A stretch of DNA of 64,000 bases from Anaerovoracaceae bacterium (GCA_036657395.1 JAVXGM010000005.1:25702-89701); one strand, 5' to 3'. Shown: positions 19,941-29,187, counted from the first letter of the stretch. The notes: generated by a model not told the origin, from the sequence alone. Program-made: numbers and translations.

Positions 19941-20645
19941 TTAATCACGCTCCCTGATCAATAAAATTCTCACTAAGCTGGCTACTGCACTAGCAAGTGC
20001 CGCTACATATGTCATGGCTGCAGCTGAAAGGACTTTCTTTGCCCCTACCAGCTCTCCATCGGTTACAATATTTAAATCCTGTAATTGTTTAGTTGCTCTC
20101 TTGCTTGCATTAAGCTCCACAGGTAAGGTAATCAAATGAAAAATGACCACACCTGCAAAAAAGAAAATGCCTAAATCGAAAATAAAGTTTCCTGCAGTTG
20201 CTCGACCTAAGTTTCCAACTAGTATCCCAATTATTAGCAGTGGCCAAGATAACATTGAAACAATATTTACAACAGGGGCAATAGCGTTTCTAATAGAAAG
20301 GAAAGCGTAGCCTACGCCATGTTGAATCGCATGGCCTGACTCATGAGCAGCAATGCTTACTGCTGCAATACTTGTGCCGTTATATACATCGGCAGAAAGT
20401 CGCATCACCCTTTGTCTTGGGTCATAATGATCAGTCAGTCTTCCTTTTGTCATTTCAATTTTCACATTTTGTAGTCCGTTAGCATCTAATACTTTCCGTG
20501 CTGCCTGGTCTCCTGATATATTGTTCCTATTTTGCACCGCTGAAAATGTATTGTAAGCCTTGTTTACTTTCCGCTGTGCAATTACGGCGAAAAGCATTGC
20601 TGGTATTAAAATAATAATGGTTGGGTCAAACATTCCAAAATACAT
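19941..20645 (-). CDS. yugP: membrane zinc metallopeptidase, YugP family
   Basis: HESGHAIQH zinc motif. Near-collinear with B. subtilis YugP (RLTDHYDP, LPVEFNAS). ATG 20645 has an AAGGAG SD. The track ORF begins at a TTG. Confidence 0.85.
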   Translation of the reverse strand: MYFGMFDPTIIILIPAMLFAVIAQRKVNKAYNTFSAVQNRNNISGDQAARKVLDANGLQNVKIEMTKGRLTDHYDPRQRVMRLSADVYNGTSIAAVSIAAHESGHAIQHGVGYAFLSIRNAIAPVVNIVSMLSWPLLIIGILVGNLGRATAGNFIFDLGIFFFAGVVIFHLITLPVELNASKRATKQLQDLNIVTDGELVGAKKVLSAAAMTYVAALASAVASLVRILLIRERD

Positions 20646-20686
20646 ATTTTGTCTCCTTTTTTCCAATTGTCATTAATCAGTTCATT

Positions 20687-21616
20687 TTACCCTAAAACTG
20701 CACCAATTTCAATGATATTCCCTTTTAAATAATCTTTCACGGCTACCCGTTTCTTCCCTGCAACCTGAATGACCTTGGCAATAAGTGTTTTTCCTCCGGC
20801 TGAAATCTCAATACCTTCATCACTCACCTTGGTAATGGTACCAATAGGTTTGTCATTTCTCGCCTCTGAAGCTTCCGCCTGCCAAATCTTAAATATCTGA
20901 TCCTTATAGGATGTAAAGGCCCCTGGCCAAGGATCAAAAGCACGAATCAAGCGTTCAATTTGTACTGGTGACTTGGTGAAATCTATTTTTCCGTCTTTTT
21001 TGTTAATCATAGGCGCATAGGTTGCTAATTGGTCATCCTGTTTTACGGGAGTAATGCTGTTACTTTCAAGCTGTGGCAAAGTTTCCACAAGAAGCTGTGC
21101 TCCTAATATAGACAGTTCATCATGAAGCTGTGCACCATTCTTTTTCTCTACATAGGTTGCTTTTGCAGCAAGCATGGCGCCTGTGTCTAGGCCTTCCTCC
21201 ATATACATCATAGTAATTCCCGTTTTTTCTTCACCATCTAAAATGGATCTTTGTATCGGCGCTGCACCACGATATTTAGGAAGTAAAGATCCGTGAATAT
21301 TGATACATCCTAAAGGTGGAATGTCTAGAATTTCCTTAGGAAGAATCTTCCCGTAGGCTGCAACTACAATAACATCTGGAGCATATTTCTTAAGAAGTGA
21401 TATAAACTCCCCATTATTTTTTATTTTTTCTGGCTGCAAGACTTCTATACCTAATTCTATGGCCTTTTCCTTAACTGGGGTGAATTTAACCTTTTTTCCA
21501 CGGTCTCTAACAGCATCTGGCTGTGAAATCACATATCCTATTTCGTAAGATTCTTTGGCCAAAGCTTCAAGAGGAGGTACGGCAAAATCTGGAGTTCCCA
21601 TATATACAACTTTCAT
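20687..21616 (-). CDS. fmt: methionyl-tRNA formyltransferase
   Basis: Motifs MGTPDFAVP, NIHGSLLPKYRGAAPIQ. Lies downstream of def. Confidence 0.93.
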   Translation of the reverse strand: MKVVYMGTPDFAVPPLEALAKESYEIGYVISQPDAVRDRGKKVKFTPVKEKAIELGIEVLQPEKIKNNGEFISLLKKYAPDVIVVAAYGKILPKEILDIPPLGCINIHGSLLPKYRGAAPIQRSILDGEEKTGITMMYMEEGLDTGAMLAAKATYVEKKNGAQLHDELSILGAQLLVETLPQLESNSITPVKQDDQLATYAPMINKKDGKIDFTKSPVQIERLIRAFDPWPGAFTSYKDQIFKIWQAEASEARNDKPIGTITKVSDEGIEISAGGKTLIAKVIQVAGKKRVAVKDYLKGNIIEIGAVLG

Positions 21617-21618
21617 AG

Positions 21619-22095
21619 CTATTCCTCTTCTTCTGGGTTAGTAACCTGATATATATTTTCTGCTTTATCTATAAACAAGATCCCTTCTAGGTGGTCAAAT
21701 TCATGGCAAGCTACAACAGCCTCAAAGTCTTCAAAAATCTTTTGTTGCTGTTTTCCATTTTCATCAAGATACTTAATCTCAATTGTGGCTGGCCGTTTCA
21801 CAGACCCTGTATAGCCAGGAACGCTAAGACAGCCTTCTTCGCTTTCTTGTTCTCCCTCCATTTTTATAATTTCAGGATTAACCATTTTATATACAGTTCC
21901 CTGTTCTGGTTCTGCTACAATCATTCTCCTCATAATTCCAACCTGTGGTGATGCAAGACCTACTCCGTCTGCTTGTCTCATAGTTTCCACCATATCGTCT
22001 AAAATCATACGAATATGGTCCGTAACTTGATCCACTTCCTTACAATGCTTCCTTAGAATTTCGTCGCCCTCTAAAACTATGTTTCTTAATGCCAT
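21619..22095 (-). CDS. def: peptide deformylase
   Basis: Motifs GVGLASPQVG, EGCLSVPG, HEFDHLEG. Confidence 0.93.
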   Translation of the reverse strand: MALRNIVLEGDEILRKHCKEVDQVTDHIRMILDDMVETMRQADGVGLASPQVGIMRRMIVAEPEQGTVYKMVNPEIIKMEGEQESEEGCLSVPGYTGSVKRPATIEIKYLDENGKQQQKIFEDFEAVVACHEFDHLEGILFIDKAENIYQVTNPEEEE

Positions 22096-22110
22096 TTTTT
22101 TCCTCCTGTT

Positions 22111-24126
22111 TTACGCAAAGCTATATGGGTTAAAATCTATTGAAACCTCATATCCCTTTTTTTTAACTTCTAACTCTTTTCCTTTGATTTTCATCAATAC
22201 TTCTGTGTACTGCTCCCGCTTACCTAATGGGCACTTGACTAGCAGACCGTATCGATAAGTTTCTTTTATTTTATTTCTATATGCTTGTTGGGGTGGGAGA
22301 ATGTTTTCCGCCTCCCGACTGCCCAGCTGTGTCAGTAAAGTTCTATACCAATTTTCTGCCGCCCCCTTTGCTGCTGCTTCTTGTTTCCCAGTAAATACAA
22401 GTTGAATTAAATCGCCAAATGGGGGGTATTTCATGTAATTTCTCAGCATTATCTCTGTTTCATAAAATTTCTTATAATCCTGCTGTGCTGCTAAAGAAAT
22501 CGCATAATTATCCGGCGCATATGCTTGTATTATTACCTTACCTTCTTTGTCGCCTCTACCTGCCCTGCCTGAGGCTTGGGTGATTAGCTGAAAAGTTTGC
22601 TCCGGTGACCTGAAATCTGGAATGTTTAAAGAAACATCAGCCGATACGATTCCAACAAGCCCTACATTTCGAAAGTCAAGACCCTTGGCCACTAGCTGTG
22701 TACCAATCAATATGTCTATTCTCCCCTTTTTCACGTCATTTAATAACTTATTCAATGATCCTTTTGCCTTAACTGCATCTAAATCCAGTCTGGCGACTTT
22801 AGCCTCTGGAAAAAGTTCCTTACAAGACTCTTCCACCTGCTCCGTTCCAACCCCAAAATATCGTATGTATTTGCTGCCGCATTCTGGGCATATTCTCGAT
22901 GGAACTTTCGTATATCCACAATAGTGGCAAATTGCTTTGCCTGTATTCTTATGGTATGTCAGCGACACACCACAATGGGGACATTTATCTACATACCCAC
23001 ATTCTCTACATGATATAAATGTGGAGTATCCTCGTCTATTGAGGAATAAAATAATTTGCTGCTTTTCGCCTAGGGCAACACCCATGGCATGATGGAGATC
23101 TCTGCTAAACATGGTTTTGTTCCCTGCTCGCAGCTCCTTTCTCATGTCTACAACGTCCACCTTAGGCAAAGGAACTTCATTATATCTTTTTGTTAATTCC
23201 AGTTTTTCATATATACCCTTTTCCGCCCTATGATAGGATGAAATTGACGGTGTCGCACTTCCCAGTACCAAAATCCCTTTATGGGCCATAAGTCGCTTTA
23301 TAGCCACTTCCACCGTGTCATATTTAGGGGACATATCCGACTTGTATGTACTTTCATGTTCCTCGTCTAAAATGATAATTCCAATGTTTTTTAAAGGTGC
23401 AAACACTGCTGATCTTGCCCCGATGACAATTTTCACCTTGTCTGCTCTAATTCTAGTCCACTCGTCATATCGCTCTCTTAAAGTTAGTTTACTGTGAAGG
23501 ACTGCAATATTTTCCCCTCCAAAACGATAAATAAATCTATCTATGATCTGAGTTGTCAAAGAAATCTCTGGTACTAGCATAATAGCCGTTTTACCCGCTT
23601 TAAGGGATCCGTCAATGGCTTGCATATAAACTTCCGTTTTGCCACTACCTGTAATCCCATGTAATAAAAATCGCTTATGTTCATTCTTTTTTGTTGCTTC
23701 CAAAATAGGAATCAATACCTGCTTTTGTTCCTGTGTAAGCTCCTTTATATTCTGGTTCTCTCCCTCTGCTCCTTTATATGGATTTTTTTCTTTTCCCGCT
23801 TTGGGTTTCTTCCCTACAGGGGTAAAGCATTTTATAGCATCAATGTATCTACACAAATACCGTTTTTTCATCCAAATGCATGTGTCTAACATCTCCTGGG
23901 TAAGAGAAATATCAGGGTCAATTTCCTCAATATATTTTAATCGTTTAAATTCCTGTTCTGGCTCATCCATCACTTGAAATACATAGGCCTCCCACAATTT
24001 TTTTCCAAGACCAAATGTTACATATACCTTTTTGCCCGGACAAATATCTTCCTGGGTAGTTCCATAAGTGTAAAGCATGTCTGTATAGTCGCTTTTATTA
24101 TCAATTGCTATATTTACGTATTTCAT
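22111..24126 (-). CDS. priA: primosomal protein N' (replication restart helicase)
   Basis: Walker A GITGSGKTEVY, DEEH box, and a Cys-rich zinc-binding insert (CRECGYVDKCPHCGVSLTYH...CHYCG...CPECG). Confidence 0.92.
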   Translation of the reverse strand: MKYVNIAIDNKSDYTDMLYTYGTTQEDICPGKKVYVTFGLGKKLWEAYVFQVMDEPEQEFKRLKYIEEIDPDISLTQEMLDTCIWMKKRYLCRYIDAIKCFTPVGKKPKAGKEKNPYKGAEGENQNIKELTQEQKQVLIPILEATKKNEHKRFLLHGITGSGKTEVYMQAIDGSLKAGKTAIMLVPEISLTTQIIDRFIYRFGGENIAVLHSKLTLRERYDEWTRIRADKVKIVIGARSAVFAPLKNIGIIILDEEHESTYKSDMSPKYDTVEVAIKRLMAHKGILVLGSATPSISSYHRAEKGIYEKLELTKRYNEVPLPKVDVVDMRKELRAGNKTMFSRDLHHAMGVALGEKQQIILFLNRRGYSTFISCRECGYVDKCPHCGVSLTYHKNTGKAICHYCGYTKVPSRICPECGSKYIRYFGVGTEQVEESCKELFPEAKVARLDLDAVKAKGSLNKLLNDVKKGRIDILIGTQLVAKGLDFRNVGLVGIVSADVSLNIPDFRSPEQTFQLITQASGRAGRGDKEGKVIIQAYAPDNYAISLAAQQDYKKFYETEIMLRNYMKYPPFGDLIQLVFTGKQEAAAKGAAENWYRTLLTQLGSREAENILPPQQAYRNKIKETYRYGLLVKCPLGKREQYTEVLMKIKGKELEVKKKGYEVSIDFNPYSFA

Positions 24127-24137
24127 TTAGTCCTTTC

Positions 24138-25148
24138 TTATAATAAGAATATGTTGTTTTCCTTGCAAGCCTTAATTATATCATCCTGCCAGATAGATAC
24201 CTGAACCTCTCCAATATGAGCTTTTCTAAGAAATAGCATACAAAGTCTACTCTGGCCGATACCCCCACCAATAGTGTATGGAAGTTCTTTGTTCAGCACC
24301 ATGCTATGAAAATCCTTAAAACGTCTATCCTCTGCTCCTGCTTCCTTTAATTGTTTTGCCATTGCTTCTTCATCTACTCTGATTCCCATGGAAGAAATTT
24401 CAAAGGCTAAACCTAATATTTCATTCCACAGAATAATATCTCCATTTAATTCCCAATCGTCATAGTCTGGAGCTCTGCCGTCGTGGCTCTCCCCCGATTT
24501 GAGTTTCCCACCGATTTTCATGATGAAAACAGCCTTCTTCTCCTTGGTAATTAAAGTTTCTCTTTCCTTTCCAGTCTTCCCTGGATACATATCTTCCAGT
24601 TCCTGAGATGTCACAAAAAAAATTTCATTTGGCATCTCTGTACGTAAATCTCTGTACAACCGATTCACATAATCGCTTAGGTTTTTAATAGCTCCATATA
24701 AAACATTCACTGTATCTTTAAGATATTTTTCCGTTCTATCTTCTTTGGTTATTACTTTTTCCCAATCCCACTGATCCACATAAATTGAGTGAAGATTATC
24801 TAGCTCTTCATCTCTCCTAATTGCGTTCATGTCTGTATAAATACCATTTCCCGGTTGAATTTCATACTTGCCTAAAGCCATTCTCTTCCACTTGGCAAGG
24901 GATTGAACAATTTCAACTGTTTTTTCATCCATGTCTTTTACTGTGAAGTTAACTGTACGCTCTACTCCATTTAGATTATCATTCAACCCAGTTTCCGGAT
25001 CTACAAAAAGTGGTGCTGATATTCTTCGCAAACTCAGACCATATGCTAGTTCCTGCTGAAAAAAATCCTTTATCTTTTTAATTGCCCTCTGACTTTCCAT
25101 AAAGTCAATTTTTGGGGAATAATTTTGTGGTATCATTAATTTTGCCAT
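24138..25148 (-). CDS. asnA: aspartate--ammonia ligase
   Basis: AsnA-type class II aaRS-like fold (RISAPLFV..., DWEKVI, GGGIGQSRLCM). ATG 25148 with GGAGAT SD lies 1 nt after the queH stop. Confidence 0.88.
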   Translation of the reverse strand: MAKLMIPQNYSPKIDFMESQRAIKKIKDFFQQELAYGLSLRRISAPLFVDPETGLNDNLNGVERTVNFTVKDMDEKTVEIVQSLAKWKRMALGKYEIQPGNGIYTDMNAIRRDEELDNLHSIYVDQWDWEKVITKEDRTEKYLKDTVNVLYGAIKNLSDYVNRLYRDLRTEMPNEIFFVTSQELEDMYPGKTGKERETLITKEKKAVFIMKIGGKLKSGESHDGRAPDYDDWELNGDIILWNEILGLAFEISSMGIRVDEEAMAKQLKEAGAEDRRFKDFHSMVLNKELPYTIGGGIGQSRLCMLFLRKAHIGEVQVSIWQDDIIKACKENNIFLL

Positions 25149-25149
25149 T

Positions 25150-25821
25150 CTATCTATCTCCTTCCCAATTCGAATATTCACATCCGCAATAGTTCTGCCT
25201 ATATAGTTGATACTCTTTGGAAAGTACCACGCTTCGTTTAAATCCATTTTTCTTCTTAAAGTCTCGATCTAAAAAGGTCAATCCATATTTTATGCCTAGT
25301 CGCTTTCCAATCCCTGTGATTATCTCATAGTTTTTATGTGGGCTAACTGTAAGGGTTGTTGCAAAGTAGTCGTAAGCCAATAATTTAGCATATTCAACGG
25401 TTTTTTCAAGTCGCTGCAAAAAACAGATTTGACAACGCCTACCACCTTCTGGTTGGTCTTCTAGGCCACTGACTAATTTGTAAAAGGCTTTTGGCTCATA
25501 ATGGCCCTCTTTAAATGAAATTTTATCCTTTGGAGGTAAACTTTCATTGTATTGTTTGATAAACAAAATCTGTGTTTCTTTTCTCTTTTGATATTCTTCT
25601 GGATTTGTAATACAAGGATTATAAAAGAATACTGTAATTTGAAATTCCTCTATCAATCTTTCGATGACTGCTGTACTACAAGGCCCACAGCAACTGTGAA
25701 GTAATAGGGCTGGTTTTTGTGTCATATCAGAAAAGCTTTTTAAATTAGACAATGGATTCGGTTGTCCAAGATTCTTATTAAAATTATCTATTGATGGATT
25801 TAAGCTCTTTTTTTCTGTCAT
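25150..25821 (-). CDS. queH: epoxyqueuosine reductase QueH (DUF208)
   Basis: Motifs LLLHSCCGPCS, RRCQICF, YCGCEYS. ATG 25821 has an AGGGAG SD. Confidence 0.85.
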   Translation of the reverse strand: MTEKKSLNPSIDNFNKNLGQPNPLSNLKSFSDMTQKPALLLHSCCGPCSTAVIERLIEEFQITVFFYNPCITNPEEYQKRKETQILFIKQYNESLPPKDKISFKEGHYEPKAFYKLVSGLEDQPEGGRRCQICFLQRLEKTVEYAKLLAYDYFATTLTVSPHKNYEIITGIGKRLGIKYGLTFLDRDFKKKNGFKRSVVLSKEYQLYRQNYCGCEYSNWEGDR

Positions 25822-25856
25822 TAAACTCCCTGCTTTCTTCAAGTTTTTTGTTCACA

Positions 25857-25884
25857 TTCTCAATTTTTTATTATATCATATAAT
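25857..25884 (+). promoter_or_regulatory. candidate divergent promoter for the TIGR01212-type radical SAM gene
   Basis: Plus strand reads TTCTCA-16 nt-TATAAT. The -35 is weak. Confidence 0.35.
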
Positions 25885-25897
25885 CAAGTTGGTGCAA
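25870..25897 (-). promoter_or_regulatory. sigma-A promoter for queH-asnA(-priA...)
   Basis: Minus strand reads TTGCAC-16 nt-TATAAT. Confidence 0.55.
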
Positions 25898-25950
25898 GCA
25901 GTGAATTATCCTGACTTACGGATTATTTCAATTGAAAGGTAACATATCTT

Positions 25951-26871
25951 ATGATGAACAATTTGAATTCCATTAACTCTTATTTAAAGGATAAGTTTGG
26001 CTGTAAAGTAGTCAAGCTTTCTATCGATGGCGGGTTTACCTGTCCAAATCGAGATGGTACAAAAGGCATCGGAGGCTGCAGCTTTTGCTCCTCCTCTGGC
26101 TCTGGCGATTTAGCTAGCAATATTCCTGATCAACTAGAACTTTTATCTACTAAGTGGCCTAATGCAAAACACCTTGCCTATTTCCAAAACCATACTAATA
26201 CTTATGCCCCTGTGAATGTATTGCGTGAGAAATTCGAAGCAGCTTTAGCCGATCCTAATATAATGGGGCTAGTTATTGCCACTCGGCCTGACTGCCTTTC
26301 GGCGGAAGTTTTAGAATTGCTCAGCGAACTTAATGAACGAACTTTTTTATGGGTAGAACTAGGCCTTCAAACCATTCACGAAAAAACTGCCGATAAAATC
26401 AACAGATGCTACCCTCTATCTGTCTACGACGAGGCTATAGTCAATCTTAAAGCACATAACATTAGAACTGTTGTCCACTTGATTTTAGGCCTTCCTGGGG
26501 AGTCTCCTGAGGAGATGCTCCAATCAGTGTCTTATGTTTGTAGAAATCTTAATACTGACCAAGAAATCAATTCAGTTCCTGAACACATTTTCGGAATTAA
26601 GCTCCATATGTTTAACCTGGTTTCCGGCTCTCCTATGTCGATTACTAATCCTAACTATATCTCTTTTCCATCTATTGAAGCCTACGTGGATATGATAATT
26701 TCCGCTTTAGAACTGGTTCCAGCTCACGTCACTATCCATCGTATTTCTGGAGACGCACCTAGGTCTACCCTTATTGCCCCAGAATGGAGCTATAAAAAGC
26801 TAACCATTTTAAACCTTATCCACAAAACCATGAAAGAGCGGGGAACATTCCAAGGTGCCAAATGTAAATAA
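25951..26871 (+). CDS. TIGR01212-family radical SAM protein
   Basis: Cluster CPNRDGTKGIGGCSFCS near the N-terminus, with YhcC/TIGR01212-like layout. It is the only plus-strand gene in the first 41 kb. Confidence 0.8.
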   Translation: MMNNLNSINSYLKDKFGCKVVKLSIDGGFTCPNRDGTKGIGGCSFCSSSGSGDLASNIPDQLELLSTKWPNAKHLAYFQNHTNTYAPVNVLREKFEAALADPNIMGLVIATRPDCLSAEVLELLSELNERTFLWVELGLQTIHEKTADKINRCYPLSVYDEAIVNLKAHNIRTVVHLILGLPGESPEEMLQSVSYVCRNLNTDQEINSVPEHIFGIKLHMFNLVSGSPMSITNPNYISFPSIEAYVDMIISALELVPAHVTIHRISGDAPRSTLIAPEWSYKKLTILNLIHKTMKERGTFQGAKCK

Positions 26872-26952
26872 AAATACAGACAGATAATTTCAGCTATGAA
26901 ACTCTCCATCTGCACAATTACAAACATTTTATTGTTTTTATATTTTACCTTT

Positions 26953-27537
26953 TTATCTTGCTGGTCCTAATCGACCATCATTGTAGTGTTTTCTGCAAAG
27001 AGAAACGTATAAGTCATTTCCACCTACTACGATTTGCTCTCCACTTTTCACAAACTTCCCGTCTACAACTCTTGCCACCATAGTGGCTTTCCTGCCGCAC
27101 CAACATATGGTTTTTATTTCTTCGATTTTATCTGCATATACCAACATATAGTACGAGCCTTCAAAAAGCTCGTTTCTAAAGTCGTTTTTAAGCCCATAGG
27201 CAAGGACTGGCACTTCACAACTATCTACAATTTCAATCAACTCTTCTACGTGATGTTTTCTTAAAAATTGACACTCATCAATAAGCACACAATCTATATC
27301 TTGCTTGTCGTTTTCTGACATAAAAAGCTCTAAAATATTAGTTTCATCCCGAACTACCATAGCATCTCTTTGAATTCCTATTCGTGAGGTAATCACTCCC
27401 GATCCATAGCGGTTATCTACACATGGTACTAAGGTTAACACCTTTTTCCCCCGCTCCTCGTAATTATATGCTACTTTAATGAGCTCAGTGGATTTTCCTG
27501 CATTCATTGTGCTGTATCTATAATAAAGTTGAGCCAT
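26953..27537 (-). CDS. tdk: thymidine kinase
   Basis: Motifs MNAGKSTELI, DECQFL, and zinc ribbon CWCGRKA...LCRKHY. ATG 27537 has a CAGGAGG SD. Confidence 0.92.
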   Translation of the reverse strand: MAQLYYRYSTMNAGKSTELIKVAYNYEERGKKVLTLVPCVDNRYGSGVITSRIGIQRDAMVVRDETNILELFMSENDKQDIDCVLIDECQFLRKHHVEELIEIVDSCEVPVLAYGLKNDFRNELFEGSYYMLVYADKIEEIKTICWCGRKATMVARVVDGKFVKSGEQIVVGGNDLYVSLCRKHYNDGRLGPAR

Positions 27538-27623
27538 ATCAATCCTCCTGTTTGGTAAATCATCTGGTCTCTTTAGTTTAAACGATAAGGTGGGTAAAAG
27601 CAATTAAATCTATGAATTGAACT

Positions 27624-27660
27624 AAAAAAATAACCCTTCGGACGCAATGTCAGCGAAGGA
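27624..27660 (-). terminator. rho-independent terminator of the tRNA array
   Basis: Minus strand: CCTTCG-(13-nt loop with an inner 3-bp helix)-CGAAGG, followed by GTTATTTTTTT. It lies 8 nt after the tRNA-Phe 3' end. Confidence 0.7.
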
Positions 27661-27667
27661 TTATTTT

Positions 27668-27743
27668 TGGTGCCCAGACTCGGAATCGAACCAAGGACAC
27701 GTGGATTTTCAGTCCACTGCTCTACCTACTGAGCTATCTGGGC
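27668..27743 (-). tRNA. tRNA-Phe (GAA)
   Basis: Reverse complement: GCCCAGATAGCTCAGTAGGTAGAGC...GGTTCGATTCC...GGGCACCA. Anticodon stem GTGGA/TCCAC, loop CTGAAAA. CCA is encoded. Confidence 0.92.
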
Positions 27744-27764
27744 ATGTTCTTGTTAAATTAAGTA

Positions 27765-27841
27765 TGGTGGGCCATCAGGGACTTGAACCCCGGACCTGCC
27801 GGTTATGAGCCGGACGCTCTGACCAACTGAGCTAATGGCCC
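27765..27841 (-). tRNA. tRNA with CAT anticodon (elongator Met or lysidine-modified Ile2; not initiator)
   Basis: Reverse complement: GGGCCATTAGCTCAGTTGGTCAGAGC. Loop CTCATAA. T arm GGGGTTCAAGTCCC. The GGCTCATAACCG context resembles B. subtilis tRNA-Ile2. No initiator features (no 1:72 mismatch, no GGG/CCC anticodon stem). Confidence 0.85.
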
Positions 27842-27885
27842 ATGTTGCTTATCTTTTCTCTTTTAAGTCTCTTTCTAAGAAAAAT

Positions 27886-27962
27886 TGGTCGGGGTGGCAG
27901 GATTTGAACCCGCGGCCCACTGGTCCCAAACCAGTTGCGCTACCAAGCTGCGCTACACCCCG
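27886..27962 (-). tRNA. tRNA-Pro (TGG)
   Basis: Reverse complement: CGGGGTGTAGCGCAGCTTGGTAGCGC. Loop TTTGGGA. C1:G72 as expected for bacterial Pro. CCA is encoded. Confidence 0.92.
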
Positions 27963-28002
27963 AAAATAGTTTTATTTGTATTATATGTTTGGACAGATTA
28001 TT

Positions 28003-28078
28003 TGGCAGGGGCAGTAGGATTTGAACCCACGGCACGTGGTTTTGGAGACCACTGCTCTACCAACTGAGCTATGCCCCT
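28003..28078 (-). tRNA. tRNA-Trp (CCA)
   Basis: Reverse complement: AGGGGCATAGCTCAGTTGGTAGAGC. Stem GTGGT/ACCAC, loop CTCCAAA. Confidence 0.92.
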
Positions 28079-28082
28079 ATAA

Positions 28083-28174
28083 TGGCGGAGAAGGTGGGAT
28101 TCGAACCCACGCGGCCCTTAACGAACCCTAACGATTTAGCAAACCGTCCTCTTTAGCCTCTTGAGTACTTCTCC
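28083..28174 (-). tRNA. tRNA-Ser (GCT)
   Basis: Reverse complement: GGAGAAGTACTCAAGAGGCTAAAGAGG. Loop TTGCTAA. Long variable arm. 92 nt. Confidence 0.9.
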
Positions 28175-28246
28175 AGGCTAAACATATATTTTATTTAATT
28201 GTTATTATAATAATAGATTGGGTAGCTCTCGCTATATAGCATATAA

Positions 28247-28335
<89 letters not shown>

Positions 28336-28375
28336 TCATGCTTATTTCTGACTACTACCTTTTGCCTTAAATAAT

Positions 28376-28451
28376 TGGTGACCCATCGGAGATTCGAACT
28401 CCGGACACCTTGATTAAAAGTCAAGTGCTCTGCCAACTGAGCTAATGGGTC
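28376..28451 (-). tRNA. tRNA-Lys (TTT)
   Basis: Reverse complement: GACCCATTAGCTCAGTTGGCAGAGC. Stem CTTGA/TCAAG, loop CTTTTAA. Confidence 0.92.
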
Positions 28452-28455
28452 ATAA

Positions 28456-28531
28456 TGGCTGGGGTAGCAGGATTCGAACCTACGCATGACGGAGTCAAAG
28501 TCCGCTGCCTTACCGGCTTGGCTATACCCCA
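28456..28531 (-). tRNA. tRNA-Gln (TTG)
   Basis: Reverse complement: TGGGGTATAGCCAAGCCGGTAAGGC. Loop CTTTGAC. U1:A72. Confidence 0.9.
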
Positions 28532-28548
28532 ATCTTTCTTTTTTTAAA

Positions 28549-28625
28549 TGGTGAGCCCACAGGGATTCGAACCCCGGACACACGGCTTAGAAAGCCGTTG
28601 CTCTATCCAACTGAGCTATAGGCCC
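28549..28625 (-). tRNA. tRNA-Arg (TCT)
   Basis: Reverse complement: GGGCCTATAGCTCAGTTGGATAGAGC. Stem ACGGC/GCCGT, loop TTTCTAA. Confidence 0.9.
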
Positions 28626-28632
28626 TAGTTAA

Positions 28633-28706
<74 letters not shown>

Positions 28707-28714
28707 GTAGTAAT

Positions 28715-28789
28715 TGGAGCGGAAGACGAGATTCGAACTCGCGACCCTCGCCTTGGCAAGGCGATGCTCTACCCCTGAGCCACTTCCGC
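28715..28789 (-). tRNA. tRNA-Gly (GCC)
   Basis: Reverse complement: GCGGAAGTGGCTCAGGGGTAGAGC. Stem TCGCC/GGCGA, loop TTGCCAA. Confidence 0.92.
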
Positions 28790-28826
28790 ATGATAAATTG
28801 TTTTCTTATTTTCTTATTTAAAAAAT

Positions 28827-28911
28827 TGGTCGAGGGTGGTGGATTTGAACCACCGAAAGCTCAGCTAACGGATTTACAGTCCGCCCCCTTTGGCCACTCG
28901 GGAAACCCTCG
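28827..28911 (-). tRNA. tRNA-Tyr (GTA), class II, with a C1:G72 acceptor pair
   Basis: Reverse complement: CGAGGGT TT CCC GAGTGGCCAAA GGG G GCGGA CTGTAAA TCCGT TAGCTGAGCTTTC GGTGG TTCAAAT CCACC ACCCTCG A CCA (85 nt). Confidence 0.88.
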
Positions 28912-28955
28912 ATATCACTCCACACCGCCTAAGCAATGCTTTTATTGTTATTTAT

Positions 28956-29030
28956 TGGAGCTGGTGGAGGGAATCGAACCCCCAACCTGCTGATTACAAA
29001 TCAGCTGCTCTACCGTTGAGCCACACCAGC
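28956..29030 (-). tRNA. tRNA-Thr (TGT)
   Basis: Reverse complement: GCTGGTGTGGCTCAACGGTAGAGC. Stem GCTGA/TCAGC, loop TTTGTAA. Confidence 0.92.
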
Positions 29031-29069
29031 AGTTTGATCTTGCTGTTCTAAATTGTCTTTTAATAAAAA

Positions 29070-29146
29070 TGGCGATCCGGAACGGGTTCGAACCGTCGAC
29101 CTCCAGCGTGACAGGCTGGCATTCTAACCAACTGAACTACCGGACC
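29070..29146 (-). tRNA. tRNA-Asp (GTC)
   Basis: Reverse complement: GGTCCGGTAGTTCAGTTGGTTAGAAT. Stem CCAGC/GCTGG, loop CTGTCAC. Confidence 0.92.
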
Positions 29147-29187
29147 ACATTTATAAGGCATAATCTTGGTTTAAAACCTGTAGATTA

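Noticed and set aside
25822-25869. The A-rich tract ACAAAAAACUUGAAG before the queH SD is reminiscent of the preQ1-I riboswitch tail.
   Set aside because: I could not draw a P1 hairpin upstream of the A-tract, and the conserved loop nucleotides are absent. The A-richness is ordinary for this genome.
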